Below are positions 13,323 through 26,886 of a DNA stretch of 64,000 nt, piece after piece. Source of the DNA: Eledone cirrhosa (lineage: Eukaryota). A model generated the notes under the pieces. It saw only the letters and a list, made by a program, of their open reading frames with translations. It had not been told where the DNA came from and searched no databases. A program made the position numbers and the translations under genes. The stretch spans positions 226,672,001 through 226,736,000 of the forward strand of contig OZ024740.1 in assembly GCA_964016885.1 (NCBI GenBank), given 5' to 3'. Positions within the stretch are counted from its first letter, which is position 1. Every line of letters starts with the position of its first letter.

Positions 13323-14819
13323 CATCCACTTTTCCATTACATTAAGGGTTCATTTACATTGGAATACTCAGTCACTTATACATTCATTTAATGAGTAGAT
13401 AATACAGTTGATTGAACAATTGAATGCTCATTGTTGAAACTGATGGAGGAGTCACCATCAACAGAAAACAAAACTGGTCAAATACAAATCAATTATTCCT
13501 TTTGATGCCAATCTGGTCAAAATGAGTTCTGATTCTATGAAACAAAACCATAGATTTAAATTTTTCAGCATAATTTTATATACAAGTGTTGGCTGAACAA
13601 GACACTCTCATGAAATGGAATGTCCAAATGAGGTTTCTTTTTCAAAATAGATCCTACAAAGAAACAACAACAGAGTTATTAAGAAGAAGAGTTGAAATTA
13701 TTCTATGCAAGATTTCACAGCTTTAACATTACCCCTTCATAGTCAGCTAATGAACTTTTCAGTCGACCCTTATGAGAACCATGTGTTAAGTGACTATCTC
13801 AGTAATGAAATAACTTTGATAACTTTGATAGGTTTTGACCAGGATTGGCCCAGGCTATGTCTAACTTAATAGTACCACCTGGTAAATGATTAATAATTTT
13901 AGTAAATCCCTCAAAATTTGTTGAAATAGAGTGGATTTATTAGAAATGTAATCACAAATAGGTTAAGTTTACCCCATACCAAGGTGAAACCCTGCATTAA
14001 TATAACAGATCATTCTATTCAATAAGTATCAGTCATATACTGAAATCAATTGTATTAATTTTAAGACCATGTGTTTTGGTATTCACCCCATTGCATGGTA
14101 TCTTGGTCAAATTTCTTCTATTATAGTTTCAGGTTGACAAGTTCCTTGTGGGTGAAATTTGGTAGTCAGAAAATACTTATAAAATAATTGTTTTCTGATT
14201 TAGGCACAAGGCCAAAAATTTGGCATGTAATGGAAAGTTGATTAATCAACCTCAGTGCATTACTGGTACTTTATTTTATTGACCCATAAGGATAAAAAAG
14301 CTAACCTTGATGAGATTTGAACTCCAAATGTAAAACCACAAATAGACCTGCAAGGCGTATCTTGAGCCATATGAGCTTCTATATAGTTGTTTTTTCTGCT
14401 GGAAATATCAACCAACTCTCACTCAAATTACACCCTACAGTCTTAATCCATTTGTTATTGTATTTCTAAAGAAATACACTGCTTTTGGCTTTCAAATCAT
14501 TTGGAAAATAAACAAAAATTTAAAGGGATTTAGTAAGATAACTAACTTTCTGATTATTAAGTTAGTTTTTGAAACATAACAAAAGGTCCTTATATAGAAT
14601 TATGATAGATGGTTTTTAGGTAAATATAAACACTTTAAAACAAACAGTTTTGTATCATAAAATTAGGTGGTTTCATGTGTTTTGGTATCAAAAGGGTTCA
14701 AAATCAGAGGATATATTGAATAATGTGCTCCTAGATATACAAAACAAGATGTCTGAAATTATTATGATCATATGTCTGTTCAATCAGAGATAATTTGAAG
14801 CTAAATAATCTTTTTTTTA

Positions 14820-15022
14820 TATAGGCACAAGGCCAGCAATTTTGAGGGAAGAGAAAGTTGATTAAATCGACCCCAGTGCATTACTGGTGGTTTATTTTAT
14901 CAACCCCGTAAGGATGAAAGGCAAAGTTAACCTCGGTGGGATTTGAACTGAAATCATAAAGGGCCGTAACTCTATGCTGCAAAGCATGATGTCCGACCCT
15001 CCACCGATACTGCTAATCCACA
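14820..15022 (-). mobile_element. Family B SINE (long-body variant)
   Basis: Reverse complement of the family B head and body. Confidence 0.8.
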
Positions 15023-15939
15023 TAATAACAACATAATGGCCTTTCATTTGTTTATTCCAATTATACACACATATGAAACCTAGGCAGCAGACTAGCGACT
15101 ATGTGGTTGCCCAATCTGCAGAAAATATCAACCAGATATCCATCATATCATACTACCATCTTAGCAAAGGAAGGCCACGTGGGATAATGAAGTCCTAGAT
15201 CACACTGTATCTGGAAGAAACAAAACTAAACAAAACCGGTTATCATGATTTGAACACCTTTGATCATGGGTCTGCATGATTGGGACAGACCTTGAGCTAA
15301 ACAACAACAACAAACCAACATATTTACATCCCAGAAACTATCTCCACATCAGAGAAAAAAAATCCTACAGAAGTGAATGGCAAGGAAGTGAGAAATTCTC
15401 AGAACAAATATGTTATGGAAGTATGCACTAGAAGAAGCAGAAGACATGATTGCTATTATTTTAATTATTGTTATCTCTTTCTTCAGTCTGTTACATTTTT
15501 TTCTTTCACTGCTTTAGGCTCATCTTTATCTTATTCTTAAATATTTATGTTTTGCTTGTAATAGTTTCTTTGGGATTTTTTTAACTTTAGTTCACCTGAA
15601 TTTCTACTATTGTTGTCTGATGCTACTTTATTAATTAGTAGTCGGTTTTTACACTTTTTACTGACAATTCTCTATAGTTAATTAGTAGTAGTCAAATTTT
15701 TATATATCCCTATGTCCACTTAACTCAGCATCCTTCTTCCCCTGGTGCATTTGCCTTCTGGGTGTATATAAAGCTTGTCAAAGTGTATGAATGTCAGTGC
15801 TTTTCAATGTCTTGTTTTACAGACATAGTTGTCATATAGGTTTGAAGAATTGACAGTTGCAGTATTTTGAATGATAAATGTGTTCCTATGTAACAGAATA
15901 GAAAGTAGGTGCACTTCAAACATAGCCCTTCTCCTGCTT

Positions 15940-16440
15940 GTCAGTATACTTTCTGGTTATTCCAATCGAATGCAATCTTTTAGCAACATTCCAAATAATA
16001 TATCCATTTCCAGTCGTTTTCTAAACTCCTTGAAATTTTTGCAAACCGCTCCTAGGGCTCCCATTTTCTTTGGAATTGTCTCTCATTTTTTCGCCCCCTT
16101 GAAAAGATATTTTTCACTTTCCTTTTAAGTTCAGTGTATTTGTAGTTTTACTGTGCTGTCGCACATCATGTCTGTTCCTATAACAATAAATCTCTCTCTA
16201 CCTCTCTATTTTCTTATCACATTGATAAGATGTCTGTATTTATACTATGTAATCACATAGGATTTTAAAATTCTAGAAGATCTTAACATTCACTTTCTCT
16301 ATATAGCTTTCTACTAAGTTGTATTCCTTCTTTCCAATTTCTTCATCTCTCATCTGTTTACTTCCATTCAATTCCCAATGAACAATTCATACATAGTTAT
16401 CATAATGTTGTTTATACACACTTCAATATAGCTTCTAACA
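15940..16440 (-). pseudogene. Ancient, heavily decayed R4/Dong-like LINE 3' region
   Basis: Minus-strand remnants YKQHYDNYV*IVHWEL, KYTELKRKV and IPKKMGALGAVCKNF..LFGMLLKDC align in order with YIGWRHDVMGRVIHWHL, RYQDLKWEV and VPIVIGALGTISKSF..LFGTLQKAC of the element at 48.7-49.2 kb. Confidence 0.7.
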
Positions 16441-16700
16441 ATCATACTAGGTCAATTATATTGGCTGTAATCCTCCCATCTTTGCTTACGAAATTAGCTT
16501 TGTGCTTCAGAAAAGAATCCTTATTACTGATATTACTAATACAACTATTATTGTGTTTAGTATATCAAGCATGGAAAACGGGTATATGATGATGATGATG
16601 ATGATGGTGATGATGGTGGTGGTGGTGATGATGATGGTCATGATAATGCTGATGGTGGTGGGGATCATGATGATGGAGAGGATGATAATGAAGATGATGG

Positions 16701-16836
<136 letters not shown>

Positions 16837-17124
16837 GAGGAGGAGGAGGAGGAGGAGGAGTGTTATGAGTTCACTTTTAACTTTCAATTTTCATTCAGAG
16901 TTCAAAGACTGGTAAAATTTAATCCCAGTAATGCACTAAGATCGATTTACCCCTTTGTTCCCATATTTATAATGAAATACATTACTTATGATTTTAAATC
17001 AATTTTGGAATTTATCCCAAATTTAGTAAAATAGTAAAATTTTCATTTTTAATTTGGTTTTGAAACATAATAAGATTTTCTTACATGAAATTATAATGGA
17101 AGGTTTTATATTTAAATTTAAAAA

Positions 17125-17457
17125 AAAAAGGTAAAGACTCCCTTTGGTCATGAATGACCATGGGTTTTACACCAAGAAAGTTCAACTCCAAGGCACAAGA
17201 CCAGGCAAGCTGTGTTTGAGGAAGACCAGCAATTGACCAAGCATACCAGTCTCTCCTTTCGATGTCACCAATGTTGTTCAAGGGATACACCTTGGCACCA
17301 GTGATGTTGCAACTTATTTCTACATCTGAGTGAACTGGAGACATGTGAAATAAAGTGCCTTACTCAAGGACACTACACCTCAACCAGTCCAGATATCAAA
17401 CTCACAACCTCACAATTGTGAATCCAACTCTCTAACCATTAAGCCACCTGTCTTCAC
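17125..17457 (-). mobile_element. CORE-like SINE, second body type
   Basis: Reverse-complement homologue of 43243-43595. Confidence 0.75.
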
Positions 17458-17484
17458 TATATATTTAAATATTATTATTTTAAA

Positions 17485-18624
17485 TTGGCAGTGTATTGGG
17501 CGGTGTATTGGCAGTATCGATAGAGGGTCAGACGCCATGCTTTGCAGCAAAGAGTTACGGCCCTTTATGGTCTGATTTCAAATCAAGCCGAGGTTAACTT
17601 TGCCTTTCATCCCTACGGGGTCGATAAAATAAAGTACCAGTAATACACTGGAATAATTGCTGGCATTGTTACTAAAGTAGAAACAATTATTTTAAATTGG
17701 CAATATCAGTAGAGAGTCGGACGCCATGCTTTCCAGCAGAGTTACGTCCCTTTACGGTCTGAGTTCAAATCCCGCCGAGGTTAACTTTGCCTTTCATCCC
17801 TAAGGGGTCGATAAAATAAAGTACCAGTAATACACTGGAATAATTGCTGGCATTGTTACTAAAGTAGAAACAATTATTTTAAATTGGCAGTATCGGTAGA
17901 GGGTCGGACGCCATGCTTTCCAGCAGAGTTACGTCCCTTTACGGTCTGAGTTCAAATCCCGCCGAGGTTAACTTTGCCTTTCATCCCTAAGGGGTCGATA
18001 AAATAAAGTACCAGTAATACACTGGAATAATTGCTGGCATTGTGCCAAAAGTAGAAACAATTATTTTAAATTGGCAGTATCGGTAGAGGGTCGGACGCCA
18101 TGCTTTCCAGCAGAGTTACGTCCCTTTACGGTCTGAGTTCAAATCCCGCCGAGGTTAACTTTGCCTTTCATCCCTAAGGGGTCGATAAAATAAAGTACCA
18201 GTAATACACTGGAATAATTGCTGGCATTGTGCCAAAAGTAGAAACAATTATTTTAAATTGGCAGTATCGGTAGAGGGTCGGACGCCATGCTTTCCAGCAG
18301 AGTTACGTCCCTTTACGGTCTGAGTTCAAATCCCGCCGAGGTTAACTTTGCCTTTCATCCCTAAGGGGTCGATAAAATAAAGTACCAGTAATACACTGGA
18401 ATAATTGCTGGCATTGTGCCAAAAGTAGAAACAATTATTTTAAATTGGCAGTATCGGTAGAGGGTCGGACGCCATGCTTTCCAGCAGAGTTACGTCCCTT
18501 TACGGTCTGAGTTCAAATCCCGCCGAGGTTTACTTTGCCTTTCATCCTTACGGGGTCGATAAAATAAAGTACCAGTAATGTACTGATAATTGCTGGCCTT
18601 GTGCCTAAAGTAGGAACAATTATT
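17485..18624 (+). repeat. Tandem array of six family B SINE units, 187-bp period
   Basis: TTGGCA starts at 17508, 17697, 17884, 18071, 18258 and 18445; each unit keeps the B-box-like GAGTTCAAATCCC (mutated in unit 1). Confidence 0.95.
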
Positions 18625-18882
18625 TAAAAACAAATGGCTCTGTCTCAGGCAGTTTCAGATGGGTGAGTAACAGGAGTGTTCATCTATAACACTTTCTAAC
18701 CAAAACTAGCATTGTGTCCACTCAAAAGAAAGCAATTTATTTAAGCTTATATATGTCCGTATTGCTTATAAGAATTGATGACATATCAAAGAGCTAGATT
18801 TCCCAACCACACTCTATCGTTCTCCCCCCTCTCTCTCTTTCTCTCTATGTATATATATATATAGAGAGAGAGATAGATAGAT

Positions 18883-18927
<45 letters not shown>

Positions 18928-18937
18928 TATATACACT

Positions 18938-19027
<90 letters not shown>

Positions 19028-19046
19028 AACACACACTCATATATAT

Positions 19047-19225
19047 ATATATACATATAACTTCTGCACAGCTTCTTTCTCTCAAATTCCATTCACAATG
19101 CATTGTTGTAATTAAGGTTACAGCAGCAAACTCTTATCCAAGGTTTCATGCAGTAGAATTGAACCCCAAACCCCATGGTTCAAAAGTGAACTTCTCTAAC
19201 TTCTCTAACCACACATCGATGCCTA
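19047..19225 (-). mobile_element. Old tRNA-headed SINE (family D)
   Basis: Related decayed copies lie near 14060-14175, 35950-36040, 41800-41930 and 50872-51012 (GTCTTCTACTATAGC...GACCAATGCCTTG..GAATTTG motif). Confidence 0.55.
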
Positions 19226-19319
19226 TCACCAGCATTAGCTCAACCTAGCTATTAATAGATGTTGAACAAACTAAGAAAGGTTGCCATTGAATATGTTGAA
19301 AATAAACAACACATACAGG

Positions 19320-19429
<110 letters not shown>

Positions 19430-19434
19430 TATTA

Positions 19435-19655
19435 GTAAAAAGAAATGAAAATGCTGACAAATTTTTCCCAGTGAAAAAAACTTTAATTAGGAATGAGTAA
19501 AAATTAGTAATAAGTATTGGTTAGTATTCAGTTTTAGTTTTAAAACTTAAAACTAAAACTGAATACTAACCAATACTTATTACTAATTTTTACTTATTCC
19601 TAATTAAACTATTTTTCACTGGGAAAAATTTGTCAGCATTTTCTTTTCCTTTTAC
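19435..19655. repeat. Long fold-back palindrome (~108-bp arms)
   Basis: GAAAATGCTGACAAATTTTTCCCAGTG... is mirrored by ...CACTGGGAAAAATTTGTCAGCATTTTC with few mismatches; embedded in (AT)n. Confidence 0.95.
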
Positions 19656-19755
19656 AATATATATCACAACTCGCGTGTTACACCTCTATTCTTTTAAATA
19701 TATATATATATATATATGTATATATCCATATATATATACATATATGTATATATCC

Positions 19756-19787
<32 letters not shown>

Positions 19788-19794
19788 CCATATA

Positions 19795-20274
19795 TCATCA
19801 TCATCATCATCATCATCATCGTTTAACGTCCATATTCCACGCTTGCATGGGTTTGGACGGGAGTTTTCCCACTTGAGGCAAGAGTGGTTGTCTTGCTCAT
19901 ATAGGATTGTCTGGCGGGTTTTCTATGGCTGGATGCCCTTCCTAACACCAACCACATTTACAGTGTGGAACTGGGAGGTTTTTACTGTGTTACCTACACG
20001 GCCACATTACAGCGTGGACTGTGTGTTTTTTTTGTCGTGACACCTACACAACGTCATTTGTTTCGGCCTGGATGTTGTGGTACCAACATAACAAAACTTT
20101 ACATTGAAAGGGGGTGGTGTGGTTGGGGTGGGGGTAGTGGGACGGGGGTGTATTTTGTTAGAGGTGCCTACTGACTGTAGTAGGTTTTACCTTGTATTTA
20201 GGTAAGGCGGATCTTCTCTATTACTGTGTAGTGCCAAAGATCTCGGTCCAGTGACATTGTCTTGGAGAGGTGTA
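19795..20274 (-). mobile_element. Family C element, longest copy in the window
   Basis: Reverse complement of 1130-1517 with ~75 bp more 5' sequence; (AT)n on both sides. Confidence 0.85.
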
Positions 20275-20358
20275 ATATATATATATATATATGTATGTAT
20301 CCATATATATATATATATATATATGTATATACCCATATATATATATATGTATATATCC

Positions 20359-20449
<91 letters not shown>

Positions 20450-20745
20450 CACACATATATATATAGATATACATATATATGTATACGTACATATATATAT
20501 ATACATATATATACATCCACACACATATATATATATATACATGTGTGTATATTGTTAGAGGGAACGCAACTATGCATCAGTTTCAATTTATTGTTAATGT
20601 TCAGCAATGCACATGAAAATCCCTGATAAAGTTTTTCTTCTTTAAAGTTAATCTGGAACAAAAATACACACACACAGCCACACACACACATATATATATA
20701 TGTATTATATATATATATATGTCATCCTTTTTACATATATATCTT

Positions 20746-20783
<38 letters not shown>

Positions 20784-20816
20784 TATATATAAATATATAT
20801 ATATATTTATAAATAT

Positions 20817-21038
<222 letters not shown>

Positions 21039-21149
21039 TTATTTATACACACTCACGCGTGTGTGTGTTTGTGTCTGTATTCATCCTCAATCAAGCTTAG
21101 AACAAATAAGCTGATCATCTGACAAACTTTTTTGAATGAAGGACATATA

Positions 21150-21205
<56 letters not shown>

Positions 21206-21454
21206 TGTGTGTGTATATATATGTGTGTATATATATATGCATGTGTGTGTATATATATGTGTGTATAAATATATGCGTGTGTGTGTATATATATGTGTGT
21301 GTATATATATGTATATATATATGTGTGTATATATGTATACATGTTTGTGTGTTGTAAATGTGTATGTTTTTGTCTGTATGTGTGTGTCAAAAATGAATTC
21401 TTAAATACATAAACACATATAATTATGTTAGCTAGAATCACACAGCATCTGCTT

Positions 21455-21488
<34 letters not shown>

Positions 21489-21804
21489 AAACGTCTCCCA
21501 CACTAAAAAGAGAGCCCTTTCGTTTCTGTTTTACTAAGACAGGAAAGAATCCTTAGATATGCATAATAATAGCAACAATAGCAATAACAACAACAACAAC
21601 AACGACAACAACTACAGGGAAGATAACAATGGCAACAACAGAAACAACTACAACATCAATAATAACAAGAATAACAACAACAGCAAAAGAACAACACCAA
21701 GAACAAAGACAAGAACATTACTAACAACAGTAACTATAACAACAACAACAGTAACAATAACTACAGAAATAGTAACAACAGCAACAACAGTGCAAACAAT
21801 ATTG

Positions 21805-22020
21805 GTTTCTTATATAGGTAACAGGCCAACAATTTTTTGGCGGGAGGGAAAAGTCAAATAAATCAACCGCAGTGCATTACTGGTACTTTATTTTATGGAC
21901 CCCCGTAAGGATGAAAGACAAAGCTAACCTCAGCGAGATTTGAAATGAAAATGTAAAGAGATACAACTCTATGCCAAAAAGCATGTTGTCTGATGCTCTA
22001 CCAATACTGCCAATCCACTG
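21805..22020 (-). mobile_element. Family B SINE
   Basis: Reverse-complement match to family B. Confidence 0.75.
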
Positions 22021-22135
22021 CCAACAATAATGATGACAACTACAACAGTAACAACAACAGTGACAACTATTACAGTAACAACATAAACTACAAGAGCAAT
22101 ACCAACATCAAAACCACCAACAAAGCAACAATAGT

Positions 22136-22648
22136 TTAGCAGTATTTATATTTCGAGAGTTAGTCACCAATTTGGTAGATAGAGTGTTGTCACCAATTTA
22201 GCGGAGAGGTATATTTTAGAAGTTGTAATGTTGCCACGAGGAACCACCTTTTGGTAGAAAGATATGATAGGAATATCGACAACGACTTTAGCTTGTTTTT
22301 ACATTATTTATTAACCAAGGTTAAGAAGTGAATTAAGCTGGCATGCCAAGAGAAATGAAATCAATTAAGATTACAAGAGAAAATACGGGCGACTGGCTGA
22401 AGGCGTTTGGCCAGGCTCGTAGGTAATGTTTTGTCGTTACATATTGTTTGTGCTTACGGAGCAAAAGAACAAGCATGTTTTACCTTAGCATGGTCCAGCT
22501 GCGAGTGATAGCGTCCTCAAATCCTTGTGGGCTATTTCTACCTCAGAACGCGTAGGGATACATCCTCTTCTACTGGCGCTGGTTGGCTGAGCTGAGCCAA
22601 ATCACGCACAGAGAATGTATGTGAGCCCGCGGAATGTAGGTCACTACA
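22136..22648 (-). mobile_element. Probable solo LTR
   Basis: 513-bp CpG-containing unique insert in an (ACA)-rich tract. ATAGT on both sides (22131-22135, 22649-22653). Right end CACTACA reads TGTAGTG on the minus strand; left end T-TAGC resembles TGTAGC with one base lost. Minus-strand AATAAA near 22305. Confidence 0.6.
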
Positions 22649-22689
22649 ATAGTATCACAACAACTACACCAGCAATACAACACCATCAA

Positions 22690-22878
22690 TAATTGTTTCT
22701 ACTTTTGGCACAAGGCCAGCAATTATATCAGTGCATTACTGGTACTTTATTTTATCAACCTCGGAAGGATAAAAGGCAAAGTTAACCTCGGCGGGATTTG
22801 AACTCAGAACGTAAAGGGCCATAACTCTATGCTGTTAAGCATGGTATCTGACGCTTTACCGATACTGCCAATCCACCA
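22690..22878 (-). mobile_element. Family B SINE
   Basis: Reverse complement of the family B unit. Confidence 0.85.
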
Positions 22879-23081
22879 TCAATAATGACAACAACAACAA
22901 TAACTACAACACCAACATCAACACCACCAACAAAACAACAACTAAAAGTAAAATAAATCAAAACAAGTGACAGAAAACTGCCAAATTGCTATTATTTTCT
23001 CCATCTTCTTAGTCAAAGATTTAAATGACAGACAGCACATACATGTAGATTTTACTATTTTGGAATCTCAATTCATTCTGA

Positions 23082-23705
23082 AGACATATGGCCTAAGGGT
23101 TAGGATGCTGTACTTACAATCTTAATGTCGTTGGTTCAATTCCTGGACAAGGTATTGCATTGTGTTCTTGAGCAAAACACTTTATTTTACATTGCTACAG
23201 TAGACTCAGCTGAGAGTGAGTACCAGCAGTAGTTGGGGAGTTAATTCTGTGACAGAGCAGCGTTCTATCCAGGGAGAGCCTTGTACTCTCAGTTGCGTAA
23301 CACCAAGGAAATTAGGAATAACCAGCAGCCTGATGAGCCTTTGGCTTAGAACAGACTATATATACAGGGTGCGGACGATATTTGTTCGCAATTTTCAACT
23401 GCTAATTTTATTGCAAATTTTTTGGTATATATGTGTGTGTGTGTATGGGTGTATAGTGAAGCCTCATAGGTTAATTGTTAGGATATTGGACTTATGACCA
23501 TAATGTTGAGGGTTCAATTCCTGCTGTGTTGTGTTCTGGAGCAAAACATTTTATTTCACATTACTCCAGTATACTCAGCAGTATCTGGGGAGTTAAACCT
23601 GTGGTAGACCAGTATCCTAACCAGGGAGAGTAGTGTACTCTCAGTTGCTTAATGCCAAGGAAACTGGGGATAAGTACCAACCTGGTGAACCTTCAACATA
23701 GAACA
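23082..23705 (+). mobile_element. Two adjacent old CORE-like SINEs (third body type)
   Basis: tRNA-like heads (GGTTCAATTCCTG) followed by TGTGTTCTTGAGCAAAACA and a shared body GGGGAGTTAA...CCAGGGAGAG...GTACTCTCAGTTGC. Confidence 0.7.
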
Positions 23706-24407
23706 TTATTAACATTTTAAGCTACTTTATTTTAATTTTGTTAAAGTTATTTATTTGTGTGTGTATATATGTATGTTTATATATGTGTGTGTAAGCATGT
23801 GTGCCTACATATCTGATTGAGTGTAAACATATGTACATGTGTGTGTGTATGTGTTTGTTTGTGTATGCATGTGAGTCAATGTGAGAAAGAGAAAGAGCAT
23901 GTGTATATGTGAATGTGTGTGAATATGCATATACATATATTTTTGTGTGTATATGTGTGTCTGTGTGTATGCATGTGTATGTGTGTTTGAATGAACATGT
24001 CATATGTCATTATTTGTATAAAATAAAGTACCAGTAATACACTAGGATAATTGCTGGCCTTGTGCCAAAAGTAAAAACAATTATTTGTATATTTATGTAT
24101 GTATATATATTTGTGTATATGTCTAAATGTTTGTGTCTGTGTGTGCCAATAAATGCATGTGTCACATGTCATTATGTATGTATGGAAATATATATATATT
24201 TGTCTGTATGTTTAAATATGTATGTGTATGTAAATATGTATGTGCATATAAATATGTATATGTTAGTGTAGATGTACGTGTGTTTCTTGGATCCCTTCAA
24301 AATCTAACCCAAAAATATACTGTTCAAAGAATTTTGTTCCTTTTTATTCTCTTTGTCTCCTCCTTCCCTCTCTCCTCTCTTGGCATACTTTTTTCTTTTG
24401 TATGTTT

Positions 24408-24466
<59 letters not shown>

Positions 24467-24613
24467 TATATATATATATATATATATATGAATGAATGTA
24501 TAGTATATTTGATAATATACTGTATGTTTATTTAAAAACATTTTGAAGATCATTCGCTATGAGTATTAAAGTAGTGACTATGTCACTTACTTTGTCTCGG
24601 CAAAAATAAACGG

Positions 24614-24662
24614 AAGCAACCGACAGCTGTTTCTCGTTTGTTAACGGTTATCAAGATTGCTT
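24614..24662 (-). ncRNA. Minimal type-I hammerhead ribozyme, U3-A8 variant
   Basis: Minus strand: AAGCAATC-TTGATAA-c CGTT aaca AACG a-GAAA-CAGCTG-TC-GGTTGCTT. Stem I is 8 bp, the site is GUC, stem III is palindromic (ACAGCTGT). An outer helix is formed by GTCTCGGCA (24594-24602) and TGCCGAGAC (24676-24684). Confidence 0.8.
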
Positions 24663-24743
24663 ATCCCCTCGCTTCTGCCGAGACTTATCGAAGCTGGATT
24701 CTTATAGAATTCCAGTGATGTTTAAGAGCTGATTAAGCAGAAC

Positions 24744-24776
<33 letters not shown>

Positions 24777-26390
24777 AAGATGAGTGGCTTAGTGGTTATG
24801 ATGTTAGATTCACGATCATAAGGTTGTTAGATTGATTCTTGACAGTGCATTGTATCATTGAGAAAGACATTATATTTTATGGTACTCCACTCCACTCCAC
24901 TCAACTGAAAAAATGCCTTGTACTTGTAATGCAAAATTTCAGCCTTGTCACACACTTTGCCATGCTCAATCTTTTTTGATACCAAACTACTCAAACCCCC
25001 ACCCCTGGTTCTGCAATACAAAACCTCTTATCTAAAAGTGTTCCTTTTACATTCTGAGTCCAAAACCGATCACGGTTATCTTTGCCTTTCAACCCCATGG
25101 AATTGATCAAATACAATACCAGTAATACACTGGAGTCAATTTAATCAACTTTTTCCCCTAAAATTGTTGGCCTTGTGCCTAAATCAAAACCCATTATAAT
25201 TGTATGTAAAATCGATATGGAAGGATGGATGGATGCATGCCTGTATGCATGCAGGCATGCGTATCTGTGTATATAGGTCAGTATGTGAGTGCAAATGTGT
25301 GTATAGACAGTCATTGAAGACAGAGCTATATGTATTCCAGCTGTGACTGCACCATTTTTCATGCATTGTGTACCTAGAACTACATTATACAACATATCCC
25401 TTTTTAAGCCAATGGGAAGGGATTTCAGGGTGATTTGGGTTTAATTCTTTTCAGGTCATGCAACCACATACACACTCCTCCATAGTGTTGGTATGTGGCA
25501 GTGTATGTGCGTGTGTGAGTGTGTGTGTATTTTTGCAGCCTTATTGTGTGAGGGTGTAAATGTCAGTTAGTGAATACACCATTGAGTGTGTGTGTGTACA
25601 TGACTGTATGTATATATGTCAGTATGTGCATGTCAGTGTATGTATGTATGTCAGTATGTGGATGTTAGTGTGTATATATATGTCAGTGTGTGCATAGAAT
25701 ACTATACTGTGTGTGTGTATGTACTTCATTTCTATGAATGTGTCAGAGTGTATGTGTATGTCAATGAGATATTTGATCAATAATGGATGGATCTAACACA
25801 TAAAAATATGTGTATATGTGTGTTCAAATAATGGTGTATTAATCTGTGTGTGCACTTAAACTTAAGTGCACATACATACATATATATATATATGCATTTT
25901 TGTGTGTACATGAGCAAGCCTGGAGGATAACTGTCAAATAGCTTTAGCTTTAATTAAAGATAGACTACTACCCTATTTGTAAAATGTTACCCAGGCAAGT
26001 CACACCCTCTTCCTCTGTCACAGCTGAGAGGACAGGTGGAAGGGTGTACAGATTAAAGTCTTTTGACATTTCACTGTCAAGGTGGGGGAAAATATAACAA
26101 AAAATTGAAGTTTACTCAGTGAAGCTTGGCAGATGGAGAGCCAGAGAAGAGAGTGAGAGAAACAGAGAGAGAGAGAGAGGAGAGAGACAAAGACATAGAG
26201 ACAGAGAAAGAAGGGGTCAGTGTGAGATAGAGACAGGGATAGAGAGAGGTAAGAAGAACAGAGCAAGAGATGAGAGATAAAAGGAGAGATAGGGAGAGAC
26301 ATTGGTGAGGGGGTTAGAGAGAGATTGAGGAAGGTGTATAAAGAGATAGGGAGAGAGAGAGTGGGATTAGAGAGAGATTGAGTAAGGTGT

Positions 26391-26438
<48 letters not shown>

Positions 26439-26844
26439 TCAGATAAAGATTGATGGAGACATGAAGAAAGATAAAGATCAGAAGAGAGAAAGGCTCAGAC
26501 AGAGAGATATTGAAGATGGCATGTAGAAAGATAAAGATGAGGAGAGAGAGAGGAGTTAGAGAGGGATTAAGGAATGTGTGTAGAGATAAAGTTAGAGAGA
26601 AGGTGTGGGTGGAAACTGGGAGAGAAAGAGGTGATATAGATCAAAAGATAGAGAGGGGGGGAGTTGTCAGTAGAGAGGAAGAATGAATGATTAAGAGATG
26701 TAAGGTAAAATAGAAGTTAGAGAATAGTGAAGATAAACAACCATAGAGAGAAATGGATAATTGTATAGAGAAATATGTAGGAGGGAGAAGATGAAAGAGG
26801 GGTAGGGCGTATTAGATGGGAAATGACAGAGAGAGAGAGGGTGA

Positions 26845-26886
<42 letters not shown>

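Noticed and set aside
13585-13655. Minus-strand splice-acceptor-like site with a short frame
   Set aside because: No recognisable peptide or partner exon.
23326-23358. CTGATGA-GCCtttGGC hammerhead-like start
   Set aside because: No GAAA directly after the stem and no stem III or stem I; it is part of a SINE tail.
23362-23422. TA-CAGGGTG Tc1/mariner-like terminus
   Set aside because: No partner inverted repeat found; too short to call.
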